A stretch of DNA of 64,000 bases from a virus: the IMG/VR virus record IMGVR_UViG_2593339207_000001. One strand, 5' to 3'. Positions 37,932-47,233 of the stretch are shown piece after piece; the first letter of the stretch is position 1; every line of letters starts with the position of its first letter. Made by a program: the position numbers and the translations under genes. Under the pieces are notes generated by a model. It worked only from the letters and a program-made list of their open reading frames with translations, was not told the DNA's origin and did not search any database.

Positions 37932-39511
37932 CAGCGGGGCTCCCGGCGGTCGATGAAACGACAGGCCGGGGCGTCGAAAGTGCGCTCGCTGTTGTGGACC
38001 CGGCAGTGGTTGGTGTCAGCAATAAAGTGGCTGCACTCGTCGCACACGGCAGCATCGCCGGTGGACTCCAGGTCGCCCGACCAGACTAATGCCGCCTCCG
38101 CCGTGGGTTCATCGTCCTCGGCCGGAATCCCGAGCATCTTCCGGGCGCGAGGCACGCTGAGGATGCCGGAGACGACCATATCCACCACCGGCTTCACCTG
38201 TTTCTCGTCCATCAGGTCGATCTGTTTACGTTCGGTCTCGCGGTTGGCGGCCTCGATGTCCGGGTCCAGGTCCATCTTGAGCTGAAGGCTGGAGCGGCTG
38301 ATGAGTTTGCGGTCGTAGAGTTCGATGAGGAGCTTCTTGAAATCGACCGCGTCGCTGGGGTCGAGGTCGTTGAAGATAAACTGGATGCTTTTGTCGCCGT
38401 GGCCATTCAGCTCCATCCAGTCGTCGAACACCCAGTCGAGGAGCTTGCGTGCGGCCTGTTTGATCTCGCGGATCATGACCATCATCTTCTGCATGCTCAC
38501 CGAGGCGGTGGCGAAATTCGGGCCGTCGCCGGTCACCAGCGAGCGTGACAGGCCCAGGGCCACCACGATGTCTTCCTTCACCTCCTTGACCTTGTCCTCG
38601 ACGTTGAGGACCTGACCGTCGGTGCCGTGGGTTTCGACATTGACGTAGAACGGGACCACCAGACCGCTTTTCATATCCATCTTGTTGACCATGTCGCGGA
38701 CCTGTTCGAGCATCCGCTGGTCCGGCATCACCATCTTCTGGCCAAACGCGCCGCCCACCTTGAGCAGACGAAAGGGCGTTGCCCAGCGCTTGGCGATGGC
38801 CTGTTCGGCCCGGCGGTAGTCGCGCAGCAGTTCGATGGCCTGAAAGGCGGGAAGCACGAGGGAGTTACCCCGGGGCGAAAAGGCCGGAGCATCCCATTTA
38901 AGGTGGAGCACCTGTTCGACGGGCAGAGGAATGGATTCCCCGCCGCCGGGGGTGTCCTCGGGAAATTGCCGGGCCTCGATCAGCTCGCCCTGGGCGTATT
39001 TGACCTTGACCGAGACCGGGTTGACGCAGACCAGCTCCTCGATGTCCTGGCCGGACTTGGTGAAGCGCTTGAAGCCGATGGCATCACCTTTCACCAGGAG
39101 CTGAAGAACCATGTCCTTGATGAATTGCGTGATGTTCAACCGCCAGGCGGCCTCCAGTGCCTGCTCCTTGAGGGTCTCGTCATCGCTGGTGATTTTGATC
39201 TCGTCGCCCACGGCGAAGGTGCGCCAGGAGTTGACACAGTTCTTTACCAGCGGCTCCTCGACGTAGTATTCCCAGGCCTTACGGGCGCGTTCTTCCCAGG
39301 TGGTAGGAATCGCTTCGGCGGCGTTCACCTTGGCGAAGGCGGCCGAGTCGAGCGCTGCCGCTGCGGCCAGCGGCGCGATGACAAAGCCGGTGGTGTCCAG
39401 GCTTTGATGGAAACCATCCTTGGTTTCCACCCTTCGGGCAGCCTGCGGCTGTCCAAATCCGCTCCCAGCGGATTGGTCGGGTTGTTCGTCCTGATGGGCG
39501 GTGCTTTCCAC
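37931..39511 (-). CDS. Portal protein
   Basis: About 526 aa between terminase and MuF; GTG start with GAGGA RBS; VNPVSV, HLKWDAPAFSPRG. Confidence 0.8.
   Translation of the reverse strand: MESTAHQDEQPDQSAGSGFGQPQAARRVETKDGFHQSLDTTGFVIAPLAAAAALDSAAFAKVNAAEAIPTTWEERARKAWEYYVEEPLVKNCVNSWRTFAVGDEIKITSDDETLKEQALEAAWRLNITQFIKDMVLQLLVKGDAIGFKRFTKSGQDIEELVCVNPVSVKVKYAQGELIEARQFPEDTPGGGESIPLPVEQVLHLKWDAPAFSPRGNSLVLPAFQAIELLRDYRRAEQAIAKRWATPFRLLKVGGAFGQKMVMPDQRMLEQVRDMVNKMDMKSGLVVPFYVNVETHGTDGQVLNVEDKVKEVKEDIVVALGLSRSLVTGDGPNFATASVSMQKMMVMIREIKQAARKLLDWVFDDWMELNGHGDKSIQFIFNDLDPSDAVDFKKLLIELYDRKLISRSSLQLKMDLDPDIEAANRETERKQIDLMDEKQVKPVVDMVVSGILSVPRARKMLGIPAEDDEPTAEAALVWSGDLESTGDAAVCDECSHFIADTNHCRVHNSERTFDAPACRFIDRREPR
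39406..39478 (-). repeat. Multi-hairpin palindromic element copy B (in frame in the portal N-terminus)
   Basis: GACCAATCCGCTGGGAGCGGATTTGGACAGCCGCAGGCTGCCCGAAGGGTGGAAACCAAGGATGGTTTCCATC. Confidence 0.85.
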
Positions 39512-39585
39512 GTGATCCTCTCGGTAGTTTCGGCCATGACAGCCGCACATCCGGCCCGTGTGGGCCGAACCCGGCTCGATGCCGG

Positions 39586-39617
39586 TTACTTACCGGAGCG
39601 GGGTGGAAAGCGTCGGA
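39586..39617 (-). promoter_or_regulatory. Class-1 promoter-like motif upstream of portal
   Basis: TCCGACG-N13-TCCGGTAAGTAA. Confidence 0.8.
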
Positions 39618-39810
39618 GGATGAGTTTGGCGGGTGGTCAATATGCAAAACCTCTTCATTTGAGAAGAAGTAAAGATGTTTTGCATCAGACTGCATTGAGG
39701 CGGCCGAGGCCGAAACCAGAAATTTTCCTTGCCATTTAAAGCCTAAACTGGCAATAATTATTTCCGGCTGTTATGTTGACCGGAAAAATTGATAGCCGGA
39801 GGTTTTCGCG

Positions 39811-41121
39811 ATGATTGACATGCTTAAAGAAATAATCCTCGATTTTCAGGAGATTGACCTTCCGACGGGTGTGCCCAGGCGGGTTGCTGTTTCGCCAGTG
39901 CCGGGAAAAGCCACGGTTTGCATCGGTGTGCGCCGCAGCGGTAAATCGACTTTCATGTTCCAGCTTATGAAGAAGCTGCAGGACACTGGCGTTGCCCGTC
40001 AGAACATCCTCTATCTGAACTTTTTCGATGATCGTCTGCATAGTCTGCAACACGACAATCTGGGTGTGATTCTGGAAGCCTACTTTTCGCTCTATCCGGA
40101 AAAAAAGAATGCCGAGAAGGTTTATTGCTTTTTCGATGAGATCCAGGTCGTACCTGGCTGGGAGCCCTTCGTTGACCGCTTGATGCGCATGGAAAAGTGC
40201 GAGGTGTACATTACCGGGTCGTCGGCTCAGATGCTCTCACGAGAGATAGCGACCCAGATGCGCGGCCGGGCACTCTCCTGGGAAATGTTCCCGTTTTCAT
40301 TCCGGGAGTTTCTCGACTACAAGGGGATCGAGAGCGACGGTCCACTCTCGACCAAAAAACGTCTGACTGTCCAGAAGGCATTCGAGGAGTACTGGGAAAC
40401 CGGTGGCTTCCCCGAGGTTGCAGGCCTTAACCGTATGCTGCGAATCAAGACCCACCAAGAGTATTTCAACGCAATGCTGTTCCGGGACCTTGTTGAACGC
40501 CATGATATCTCTCACCCCAAGGCGGTCACGGATCTGGCGCATTGGCTGGTGGACAATACGGGTTCCCTCTATTCCATCAACAACCTGACCGGCTACCTGA
40601 AATCCCTGGGGCACAAAGCGCCGAAACCCGCCGTCTCCGATTATCTCGAATGGTTCGAGGATGCCTACGTTCTGTTCACGGTGCGCATCTTTGACGCCTC
40701 GCTGGCCCGGGCCAACACCAACCCCAAGAAGATTTACTGCGCCGATCACGCGCTGGTGACGTCGATCAGCTCCGGCATTCTGGTCAACTCGGGCCATCTT
40801 CTGGAGAACCTGGTGTTCACCGCGCTGCGTCGGGTCACGCCGGATATCTTTTACTACAAGACCAAGGCGGGCCGGGAGGTTGATTTCATCGCCGGACGAC
40901 AAGGCCCGTCCCGCATGCTTGTTCAGGTTTGTGAATCGATGGCCGACCAGCAAACCCGCAAGCGGGAAACCACCGCGCTTGCCGAAGCCATGACCGAACT
41001 GAAACTGTCGCATGGCATTATCGTGACGCGTAACGAGGAAGAGCAGATACAGGTAGATTCCGGAAAAATTGACGTGGTGCCCGCCTGGCGGTTTCTGCTG
41101 AACATGCCGGAAAGCGCCTGA
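39811..41121 (+). CDS. AAA_14 + DUF4143 ATP-binding protein (moron)
   Basis: GVRRSGKST, FFDEIQ, ITGSS, TGGFPE, NPKKIY...LENLV, EVDF motifs. Confidence 0.92.
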   Translation: MIDMLKEIILDFQEIDLPTGVPRRVAVSPVPGKATVCIGVRRSGKSTFMFQLMKKLQDTGVARQNILYLNFFDDRLHSLQHDNLGVILEAYFSLYPEKKNAEKVYCFFDEIQVVPGWEPFVDRLMRMEKCEVYITGSSAQMLSREIATQMRGRALSWEMFPFSFREFLDYKGIESDGPLSTKKRLTVQKAFEEYWETGGFPEVAGLNRMLRIKTHQEYFNAMLFRDLVERHDISHPKAVTDLAHWLVDNTGSLYSINNLTGYLKSLGHKAPKPAVSDYLEWFEDAYVLFTVRIFDASLARANTNPKKIYCADHALVTSISSGILVNSGHLLENLVFTALRRVTPDIFYYKTKAGREVDFIAGRQGPSRMLVQVCESMADQQTRKRETTALAEAMTELKLSHGIIVTRNEEEQIQVDSGKIDVVPAWRFLLNMPESA

Positions 41122-41205
41122 CATCCAAGCCACGGCCTTTCCCTGGCCCTCGGGCATCAGACCTATTGTTGCCACTTCCACAAAACTGGTAACGATTTGT
41201 CTGGT

Positions 41206-42729
41206 TCAGATAAAAATCGGGTTGGTGAGCACCGGCTTGAGTGAGACCACCTCTTCGCCGACCGGGTCGAGGTTGCCTTCCTCCCGGATCAGCATGGCGC
41301 AGCGCACCGCGTCGATGATGTGGTCGTTGCCCTTGGAATAGATGATCTTGCCGTCCCGCAGGGTGTAGGTGTGGGTGGTGAACTGGTCTTCCACTTCCAG
41401 GTCGTCCGAGGGGAAAATGAGCTGCTTGCGTTGCAGGGCTCCGTTGATGAGGCTGGTCATCAGCTCCTTGGTCCGCTTCTTGATTTCCTTACCGTCCCGC
41501 ACCGCCAGCCGGGTCATGCCGCCGAAGTCGTATCCCTTGAGCCTGCCTTCCAGCTCCAGCCCTTTGTACTTGTCCAGGGTGAGCAACTCCTGAACCACGG
41601 CCAGACCGTTGCCGCCGTTGTCCACGCCGATGCCCGCCGGGGTGTAGTAACGCTCCAGCAGCGCGATGATCTGGGCGATGTGCGGATAGGAAACGTGTTC
41701 AAGATGTACGCGCAAGATCATCTTCAACAGCGTCCGCTCGCCGATCTCCATCTCCTGGAATACGACGATCTCGGTGGGATCGTTGGTGTAGCCCAGGTCG
41801 CCGCCGACCCAGAACTGCCCGCTGCGGGGAGTGAGGTTGAGCAGCATCTCCAGCCGGTCGTGGGCCGCTTCCTCGGTGTCGCAGTCGCGCAGCTCGGAAT
41901 CGGTGATGACGATCTTCTGGTACTCCAGCAGATCCTGCCGACAGAGGTTGAACTGTTCGACATTGAAGGCCCCATAGGAGGGTTTTCCGTGTTCACCGGC
42001 CACCTCGTGTTGCCAGCCGGAGCTGTCGCGGCCGCCGTAGAACTCCAGCAGTTCGGCCTCGCGATCCTCGGTCCACAGGGGGTTGAGCCAGGACGGCCAG
42101 CGGAACACATGGAACTGATCAGACGAGGTGAGCCGGTAATAGGTGGTGTCGCGCAGGCCGTTGGGCGTGGAGTAGATGCGTAGCGTCCCCCCGGCCTTGA
42201 GGCACTGGCGCAGCGCCTTCCAGGCCCGTTCGGTCAGCCAGGCTCCTTCATCGACCCAGACACGGCCAACATGCAGGGACCGAAAGGCGTCACCATAGGC
42301 CCCGGCCGGGCGGAAATAGAGCACCGAACCGTTGGTGAACTCCAGCCGGAAATAGGGTTTGCGGTGGATCTTTGGCTTGCCGTACTTGGTCAGAGCGATG
42401 CTGTTCATCAGATCCGGGTTGGTGTCGAGCTGGAACTCGATCTCCTCGATGATGGTGTCGAGGTGCCCCTGGTGCGGAGCCGCGATGAGGCCCTGGCCAC
42501 CCCGGGTGGTGAAGGCGTAATGGAGCGCGTCGGTCGAGAGCACGATGGACTTGCCCACGTCCCGGCCGTCGAGGTGGATGATGTTCTTGGCCGGGCAGCG
42601 CAGGTCCTCCACCTGGTGCGGCCAGTAGTCGCGGCCTGAGCCATCCCGGTTGTAGAGGTAGGCTTGCCCCCACAACACGGGATCGCTCAGGGTCGCCGCA
42701 AGTTTGCGCTCCTTGTCGGTTACCGCCAT
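41206..42729 (-). CDS. Terminase large subunit
   Basis: GRDVGKS Walker A, VWVDE Walker B, YSTP coupling motif, GGDLG, GVDNGG, DHIIDA nuclease motifs. Confidence 0.9.
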   Translation of the reverse strand: MAVTDKERKLAATLSDPVLWGQAYLYNRDGSGRDYWPHQVEDLRCPAKNIIHLDGRDVGKSIVLSTDALHYAFTTRGGQGLIAAPHQGHLDTIIEEIEFQLDTNPDLMNSIALTKYGKPKIHRKPYFRLEFTNGSVLYFRPAGAYGDAFRSLHVGRVWVDEGAWLTERAWKALRQCLKAGGTLRIYSTPNGLRDTTYYRLTSSDQFHVFRWPSWLNPLWTEDREAELLEFYGGRDSSGWQHEVAGEHGKPSYGAFNVEQFNLCRQDLLEYQKIVITDSELRDCDTEEAAHDRLEMLLNLTPRSGQFWVGGDLGYTNDPTEIVVFQEMEIGERTLLKMILRVHLEHVSYPHIAQIIALLERYYTPAGIGVDNGGNGLAVVQELLTLDKYKGLELEGRLKGYDFGGMTRLAVRDGKEIKKRTKELMTSLINGALQRKQLIFPSDDLEVEDQFTTHTYTLRDGKIIYSKGNDHIIDAVRCAMLIREEGNLDPVGEEVVSLKPVLTNPIFI

Positions 42730-43007
42730 CAGTGCATTCCCGTCCTCAAGGCGCTGCCGAGGATGGTGCCCACCAGTTCCGTCAGGATCTGCTGCACGGC
42801 CAGGGTGTTCTTCCGGTCATGGACAGCCTCCTGAATGTCGATGATGGCCTGGTCCAACTCCGCCCAGGCCCGGTATTGCTGCTGGGCCGCTTCCAGACGG
42901 CCGAGGGCGTTCTCGATCCGTCCCGCCGCCAGTTCGGTGCCGATTTCAACCAGGGCCTCACCGGCCTGGCGGACGGCATCGCTGTTTTCCTGAAGGATCT
43001 CTTTCAT
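42729..43007 (-). CDS. Small helical hypothetical protein
   Basis: Translationally coupled to the lipoprotein gene and TerL. Confidence 0.7.
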   Translation of the reverse strand: MKEILQENSDAVRQAGEALVEIGTELAAGRIENALGRLEAAQQQYRAWAELDQAIIDIQEAVHDRKNTLAVQQILTELVGTILGSALRTGMH

Positions 43008-43276
43008 TGACCTGCCTCCTGATTCGAGCCGTTGGCCCACTGGTCAAGGGCGTCCACGGCGGTCTGCAGGCGCAGGCCGACACCGGTCAGGCGTTCGGCG
43101 TCCGGGTGGCCAACCTCGCGCAGCGCCTTGTTGGCCTCGGTCACGTACTCGGGCGTGTGGCGGTTGACGGTGGCCACCGCCGACTGGATCTGGGCCGGTG
43201 GCCGGTAGGTGGCGCAGCCGGTCATGATCCCGGCCAGGGCCAGCGGGATGGTCCATTCGAGGGTCTTCTTCAACAT
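43004..43276 (-). CDS. Small lipoprotein
   Basis: MLKK + hydrophobic stretch + lipobox IMTG-C. Confidence 0.75.
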   Translation of the reverse strand: MLKKTLEWTIPLALAGIMTGCATYRPPAQIQSAVATVNRHTPEYVTEANKALREVGHPDAERLTGVGLRLQTAVDALDQWANGSNQEAGQ

Positions 43277-43331
43277 GTTGATCTCCTTTGGGTTATGGGT
43301 TTGGGGTACATGCAGAAAGATCTCTGCAACC

Positions 43332-43367
43332 ACTTGATTTCCAACGAAATAGAAGCGTCATTGGATG
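43332..43367 (+). promoter_or_regulatory. Divergent class-2 motif copy upstream of the tyrosine recombinase operon
   Basis: ACTTGATT-N14-AGCGTCATTGGATG, same length as the other copies. Confidence 0.45.
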
Positions 43368-43416
43368 TGACGCGGGATGGTCCCGCATCCACGAAAACCG
43401 GAACCGGAGGCAGGCC

Positions 43417-43611
43417 ATGACCTACGACAGAAACCGCCAGCAGGCACTCAAGGCGTACCGAGAAAAGCAGGAGAACATCGCCCGGCTGATCGAGGGCATT
43501 CGCGGCAAGCTCGAAGCGGACGCGAAGCAGCCGGACATCACCTGGGCGAGCGTCGGCTCCCTCGGCCACGTCGAGGAACTGCTGCGGGAGCTGGACGAGT
43601 TCCTGTCCTGA
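43417..43611 (+). CDS. Small helical hypothetical protein
   Basis: GGAGG RBS; 64 aa, WASVGSLGHVEELL. Confidence 0.7.
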   Translation: MTYDRNRQQALKAYREKQENIARLIEGIRGKLEADAKQPDITWASVGSLGHVEELLRELDEFLS

Positions 43612-43644
43612 ACACACGGGGCCACCGACAAAGGAGACATCGAC

Positions 43645-44019
43645 ATGACCGAATGCACCGTGCATCAAGCCGCCGAGGCTTTCATCGGCTACCTGCGGGA
43701 ATCCGGAAAGAAAGAGCGGACCCTTTACACCTACCGGAAGGACCTCGACGCGGTTGAGGCCTTCTTCGGCGCGGATCGCCAGCTCGCCGAGATCCGGCTC
43801 CCCCAGGTCGGCAAGTTCTACAAGTCCGACCTGCTGCTCAAACTCCCCGATGGCAAGGAGCGAGCCGAACGCACCGTCGCCAAGACCGTCCGGGTGTTCC
43901 GCATGATGATGGTCTGGGCCAGGGAGTCGGGGCGCATCGAGGAGCTGCCGCTGCCCAAGAGCACACCCATGGGCCACAGCCGGGTGAAGGAGTCCAGCGA
44001 TGAGCAACCGAACGGCTGA
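43645..44019 (+). CDS. Stand-alone integrase N-terminal SAM-like (core-binding) domain
   Basis: AEAFIGYLRESGKKERTLYTYRKDL...AERTVAKTVRVFRMMMVW; no catalytic domain. Confidence 0.75.
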   Translation: MTECTVHQAAEAFIGYLRESGKKERTLYTYRKDLDAVEAFFGADRQLAEIRLPQVGKFYKSDLLLKLPDGKERAERTVAKTVRVFRMMMVWARESGRIEELPLPKSTPMGHSRVKESSDEQPNG

Positions 44020-44914
44020 CCTCGACCTGACGGGCGCGATAGAGGCGTTCTGTGCCCGCCTGTCGGCCGAAGGACGCTCCCCGGCGACCATAGCCGCATA
44101 CCGCCGGGACCTCGCCCTGGTGGCCCGCGTGGCCGGGGAGCTGGCCCCGGGTATCGTCTGCCGGGCGGTCACGGCCGGGCTCCTCGACAAGGTGTTCTCC
44201 GCCGGGGCGGTCACCGAGAGCGGGCGCGGCCCACGCTCGGCGGCCTCGCTCCATCGGATGAAGGCGGCGGTGCGGGCCTTTTTCTCCTGGGCCGTCGAGG
44301 CAGGCGTGGTCGATGACAATCCGGCTCGGTCCATCCGCATGCATCGGCTGCCGAGAAAGCTGCCGGTGTTCCTGACCGCCGCCGAAAAGAAACGCCTGCT
44401 CAAGGAGCTCAAGGGGCGGACCGACTTCTCCACGCTGCGCGACCGCGCCATGATCGAGGTGCTGCTGGGCACCGGGATCAGGCTTGGCGAGCTGGCCGCG
44501 CTCGACATGGATGACATCGACCTCGACGCCAAGCATCTGCGGGTGCGAGCCAAGGGGAATGTGCCGCAGGTCAAGTTCATCAAGACCGACCTCCGCACAT
44601 TGCTGCGCCGTTACCTGGCCGAGCGCCGTCGACACGGCCGCCCGGAAATGGAAGCCCTGTTCCTGTCGAACCGGGACGGCAGACTCTGCCAGCGGCAGAT
44701 AGCCAACCGGCTCGCCCACTGGCTGCGGAAGGCCGGGATCGAAAAGGAACTGACGCCGCACGGGCTGCGGCATACCTTCGCCACCCACCTCTACGGCGCG
44801 ACCAATGACCTGCTCGTAGTGCAGCGGGCCTTGGGGCACCGGGACGTGTCCACCACCCAGATCTACACCCACCTCGTGGACGGCCAGCTCGAGGAAGCCC
44901 TCGAACGCCTCTGA
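44000..44914 (+). CDS. XerC/D-like tyrosine recombinase
   Basis: SAM domain plus catalytic R (GIRLGE), K, HGLR, LGH, TQIY. Confidence 0.95.
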   Translation: MSNRTADLDLTGAIEAFCARLSAEGRSPATIAAYRRDLALVARVAGELAPGIVCRAVTAGLLDKVFSAGAVTESGRGPRSAASLHRMKAAVRAFFSWAVEAGVVDDNPARSIRMHRLPRKLPVFLTAAEKKRLLKELKGRTDFSTLRDRAMIEVLLGTGIRLGELAALDMDDIDLDAKHLRVRAKGNVPQVKFIKTDLRTLLRRYLAERRRHGRPEMEALFLSNRDGRLCQRQIANRLAHWLRKAGIEKELTPHGLRHTFATHLYGATNDLLVVQRALGHRDVSTTQIYTHLVDGQLEEALERL

Positions 44915-44933
44915 TCCTTCCGGACCCGACGAT

Positions 44934-44960
44934 GGGAGCGGCCTCTGCTGCTCCCGTTTT
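44934..44960 (+). terminator. Intrinsic terminator after the recombinase gene
   Basis: GGGAGCGG-CCTCTG-CTGCTCCC-GTTTT. Confidence 0.7.
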
Positions 44961-44970
44961 CGTTGGGCGA

Positions 44971-44999
44971 GACAGTGTCGAAGACAGTGAATGACAGTG
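44971..44999 (+). repeat. Three direct GACAGTG heptamers
   Basis: At 44971, 44983 and 44993. Confidence 0.7.
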
Positions 45000-45114
45000 C
45001 CCGCAGAAGAACACATCCGCCGATGATGAATGATCATGACGCCGGACCTGAATCTCCCGGGTGGGGCGGGAAATATCGATTGACCGGAATTTCTCCTTCG
45101 CTGTCTGTCGGCCG

Positions 45115-45363
45115 CACATCGCCATAACTGCTTGGCTTGTGCGCTCCGGGCGCGGAACACACATGGCAATATCTGCTTGGCATGTGCGAGGGCCGCTGCC
45201 GATGGAATGGCTATTTGCGGGGCTTGGCCGGTTCTGCCTGGGGTTCGACATGCCAATATCTACTTGGGTTATGTGAGAGAGCTCCGGCGTGAACGTGTCA
45301 ATATCTACTTGGGTTATGCGGTTCGGCTTATGCACACACATGCCAAGCGGATATCGAGAGCTG
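45115..45363. repeat. Array of ~27-bp imperfect dyad sites with ~45-bp period
   Basis: Consensus CACATGCCAA-TATCTRC-TTGGCATGTG; copies at 45115, 45160, 45247, 45292 and inverted at 45337. Confidence 0.8.
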
Positions 45364-45514
45364 CAGGAAGAAATAGAGGAGTGGAAATGATGATCGGCGG
45401 CCGAAGAATGCCGATTCCGAAAGTGCAAGGAACACGTCTTATCCGCAATTCCTGGTGTAGCTGTCTGCCGCAAGTCGCCGTGTGCCGGGGTCATCGGAAA
45501 AGCCCTCCATGGTG

Positions 45515-46015
45515 TTATCCGCAATTCTTTCCGCGTTTCTTGCGGCCGGAGGTTTTCGTTGCCGGGGCGTTGGCGGCCTCGGCCACCTTCTCGAGCAGCG
45601 CCGCCGCCCATTCCGCCGGAGAGGTCTGCGGGCCTTTCGGCTCCTCACCCTCGCGGGCGATCTTGGTGGTCTTGAGATCCTTCATGTGGCAGCGGATCAT
45701 CCGGTCGAGGCTCTCGGCCGCTTGGGTGTTCCCTTCGATCTGGGCGCGGACAAGCTTGACGGAGTAGACGCCCACCAGTTCGACTTGAAGGAAGTCACTG
45801 GACTTGTTGAACACGAAGTCCTGGTTGAGGCGGTCGATGATCGCGTCGAACATGACCTTCTCTTCCGGAGTCAGACAGCGGTCGGCGAAGATGCCGTGCG
45901 TAAGCCGATACTGGTTGCCTTCGGGTGCTCCGGCCCCGCGCTTGGGCGGTTCGGTCTTGCCCTCGTTGCGATGCCAGCGGTCCAGAATAGCTTTGTCGGG
46001 TTTGCTCAAAGGCAT
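45515..46015 (-). CDS. Terminase small subunit candidate
   Basis: GAPEGNQYRLTHGIF motif; helical; upstream of TerL. Confidence 0.65.
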   Translation of the reverse strand: MPLSKPDKAILDRWHRNEGKTEPPKRGAGAPEGNQYRLTHGIFADRCLTPEEKVMFDAIIDRLNQDFVFNKSSDFLQVELVGVYSVKLVRAQIEGNTQAAESLDRMIRCHMKDLKTTKIAREGEEPKGPQTSPAEWAAALLEKVAEAANAPATKTSGRKKRGKNCG

Positions 46016-46105
46016 ATCGATGTCCTGCCAAAACTGTTTTTTTATACCGGTTTGCGGGGCGGGAGGCCGATTTAGCCTCCAAACGCGCTCCCGCCGGTTC
46101 AGGGG

Positions 46106-46137
46106 TTACTTACCGGAAGCGGCGGCCAACTGTCGGT
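46106..46137 (-). promoter_or_regulatory. Class-1 promoter-like motif upstream of TerS, overlapping the upstream stop codon
   Basis: ACCGACA-N13-TCCGGTAAGTAA. Confidence 0.75.
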
Positions 46138-46384
46138 CCCGGTCCTGTTTTCGTTCGGCGGCGATGATCTGGTTGACCCGGCGGGTGGTCACTCCAGCGA
46201 GGTTGGAGATCTCCTGGCTGCTGATCCCCTGCAGATGAAGGGCAAGCACCAGGTCGCGGCGTTCCTGGTAAAACCGGCTCGGTGCTGAAACCCAGAGAAT
46301 CCCGGTGTAGTGCTTCTGGATCTGCTCGAACAGTTCCTCGGGCAGGACATCCTTGGCGTTGGCGTAGCGTTTCTTTTTCTTCAC
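46106..46384 (-). CDS. Mor/CD3324-like HTH transcriptional regulator
   Basis: YANAKDVLPEELFEQIQKHY...ISSQEISNLAGVTTRRVNQII. Confidence 0.75.
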   Translation of the reverse strand: MKKKKRYANAKDVLPEELFEQIQKHYTGILWVSAPSRFYQERRDLVLALHLQGISSQEISNLAGVTTRRVNQIIAAERKQDRDRQLAAASGK

Positions 46385-46387
46385 GGC

Positions 46388-47161
46388 TCAATCCTCCACT
46401 TTCTTCATCCACGGCTGTGGCACGTCCGGGTTGTAGAACCGCAGCGTGCTGGGACGCCCGGATTTCGGCCCATGGATAATTTCGATAGAACGCTCGGTGA
46501 CCTCGCCAATCTCCTGATCGCCATCGACGAAGCAGACCAGGCCGTAGTCCTCGCCGCAGGGAAACCGGAAGCGGCCCTGGTTCTGATAGAGGCGTGCCTC
46601 GGACCAGCCCTTGGCCATGGCCTCCTCACGGATGGCGTCGACCTTGGCGACTGCCTGGGAAGTCACCGGCTGCCTATGGCGTCCGGCTGCGTGTTGAGGG
46701 TAAATCCAGACCTTTCTGGGAACTTCGACGGGTTTCTTCTGGGGTTCGGGACGAAGCGCGGGTGGCCGGTAGTTCTTCGGGGAAAAGGACTGCAGTACAT
46801 CCTGGAGGCTTTCCTTGCCGAACTCCCGGATGGCCAGCTCCTGCAGGGCGTTGAATCGCTGCCGCAGCGTGTTCCAGGCAGCCTCGGGGAGCTTTCCGGC
46901 CTTGTGCGCGGCTTGGGCGGTGACCATGCGGGAACGTAGCCAGGCGAAGTATTCAGGCGACAGACGGCGGAACACTTTGCCGTCGCGCTCGAAGTCAGTC
47001 TCTTTGGTTCGAACCCAGGCGAGTTCTTTGATTTCAAGATCTGTGGCGACGAAGACCACATGGCAGGATTCTGGTGACGAAAGGATGTCTGGGCTTGTTC
47101 GATTTGCGGATTGGGCGGCATCCGTGCAGAGGTGACGGATCATGGTGGTCAACAGGCTCAT
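46388..47161 (-). CDS. Hypothetical protein
   Basis: 257 aa downstream of a class-1 motif; plausible composition. Confidence 0.7.
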   Translation of the reverse strand: MSLLTTMIRHLCTDAAQSANRTSPDILSSPESCHVVFVATDLEIKELAWVRTKETDFERDGKVFRRLSPEYFAWLRSRMVTAQAAHKAGKLPEAAWNTLRQRFNALQELAIREFGKESLQDVLQSFSPKNYRPPALRPEPQKKPVEVPRKVWIYPQHAAGRHRQPVTSQAVAKVDAIREEAMAKGWSEARLYQNQGRFRFPCGEDYGLVCFVDGDQEIGEVTERSIEIIHGPKSGRPSTLRFYNPDVPQPWMKKVED

Positions 47162-47199
47162 GGTAAATCTCCGGAAACGTTGGTAGTCATCGTTTCCCG

Positions 47200-47231
47200 T
47201 TACTTACCGGAGCCTGACCATGGGTGTCGGA
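47200..47231 (-). promoter_or_regulatory. Class-1 promoter-like motif
   Basis: TCCGACA-N13-TCCGGTAAGTAA. Confidence 0.8.
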
Positions 47232-47233
47232 TA

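Noticed and set aside
45115-45363. CRISPR array
   Set aside because: Repeats are degenerate, one is inverted, the ~18-bp linkers resemble each other (GCTCCGG...GAAC) and there is no cas operon
44580-45611. 343-aa minus-strand ORF with ITQVDI-type repeats
   Set aside because: Overlaps the recombinase antisense; the peptide repeats simply translate the DNA array; no RBS or plausible composition
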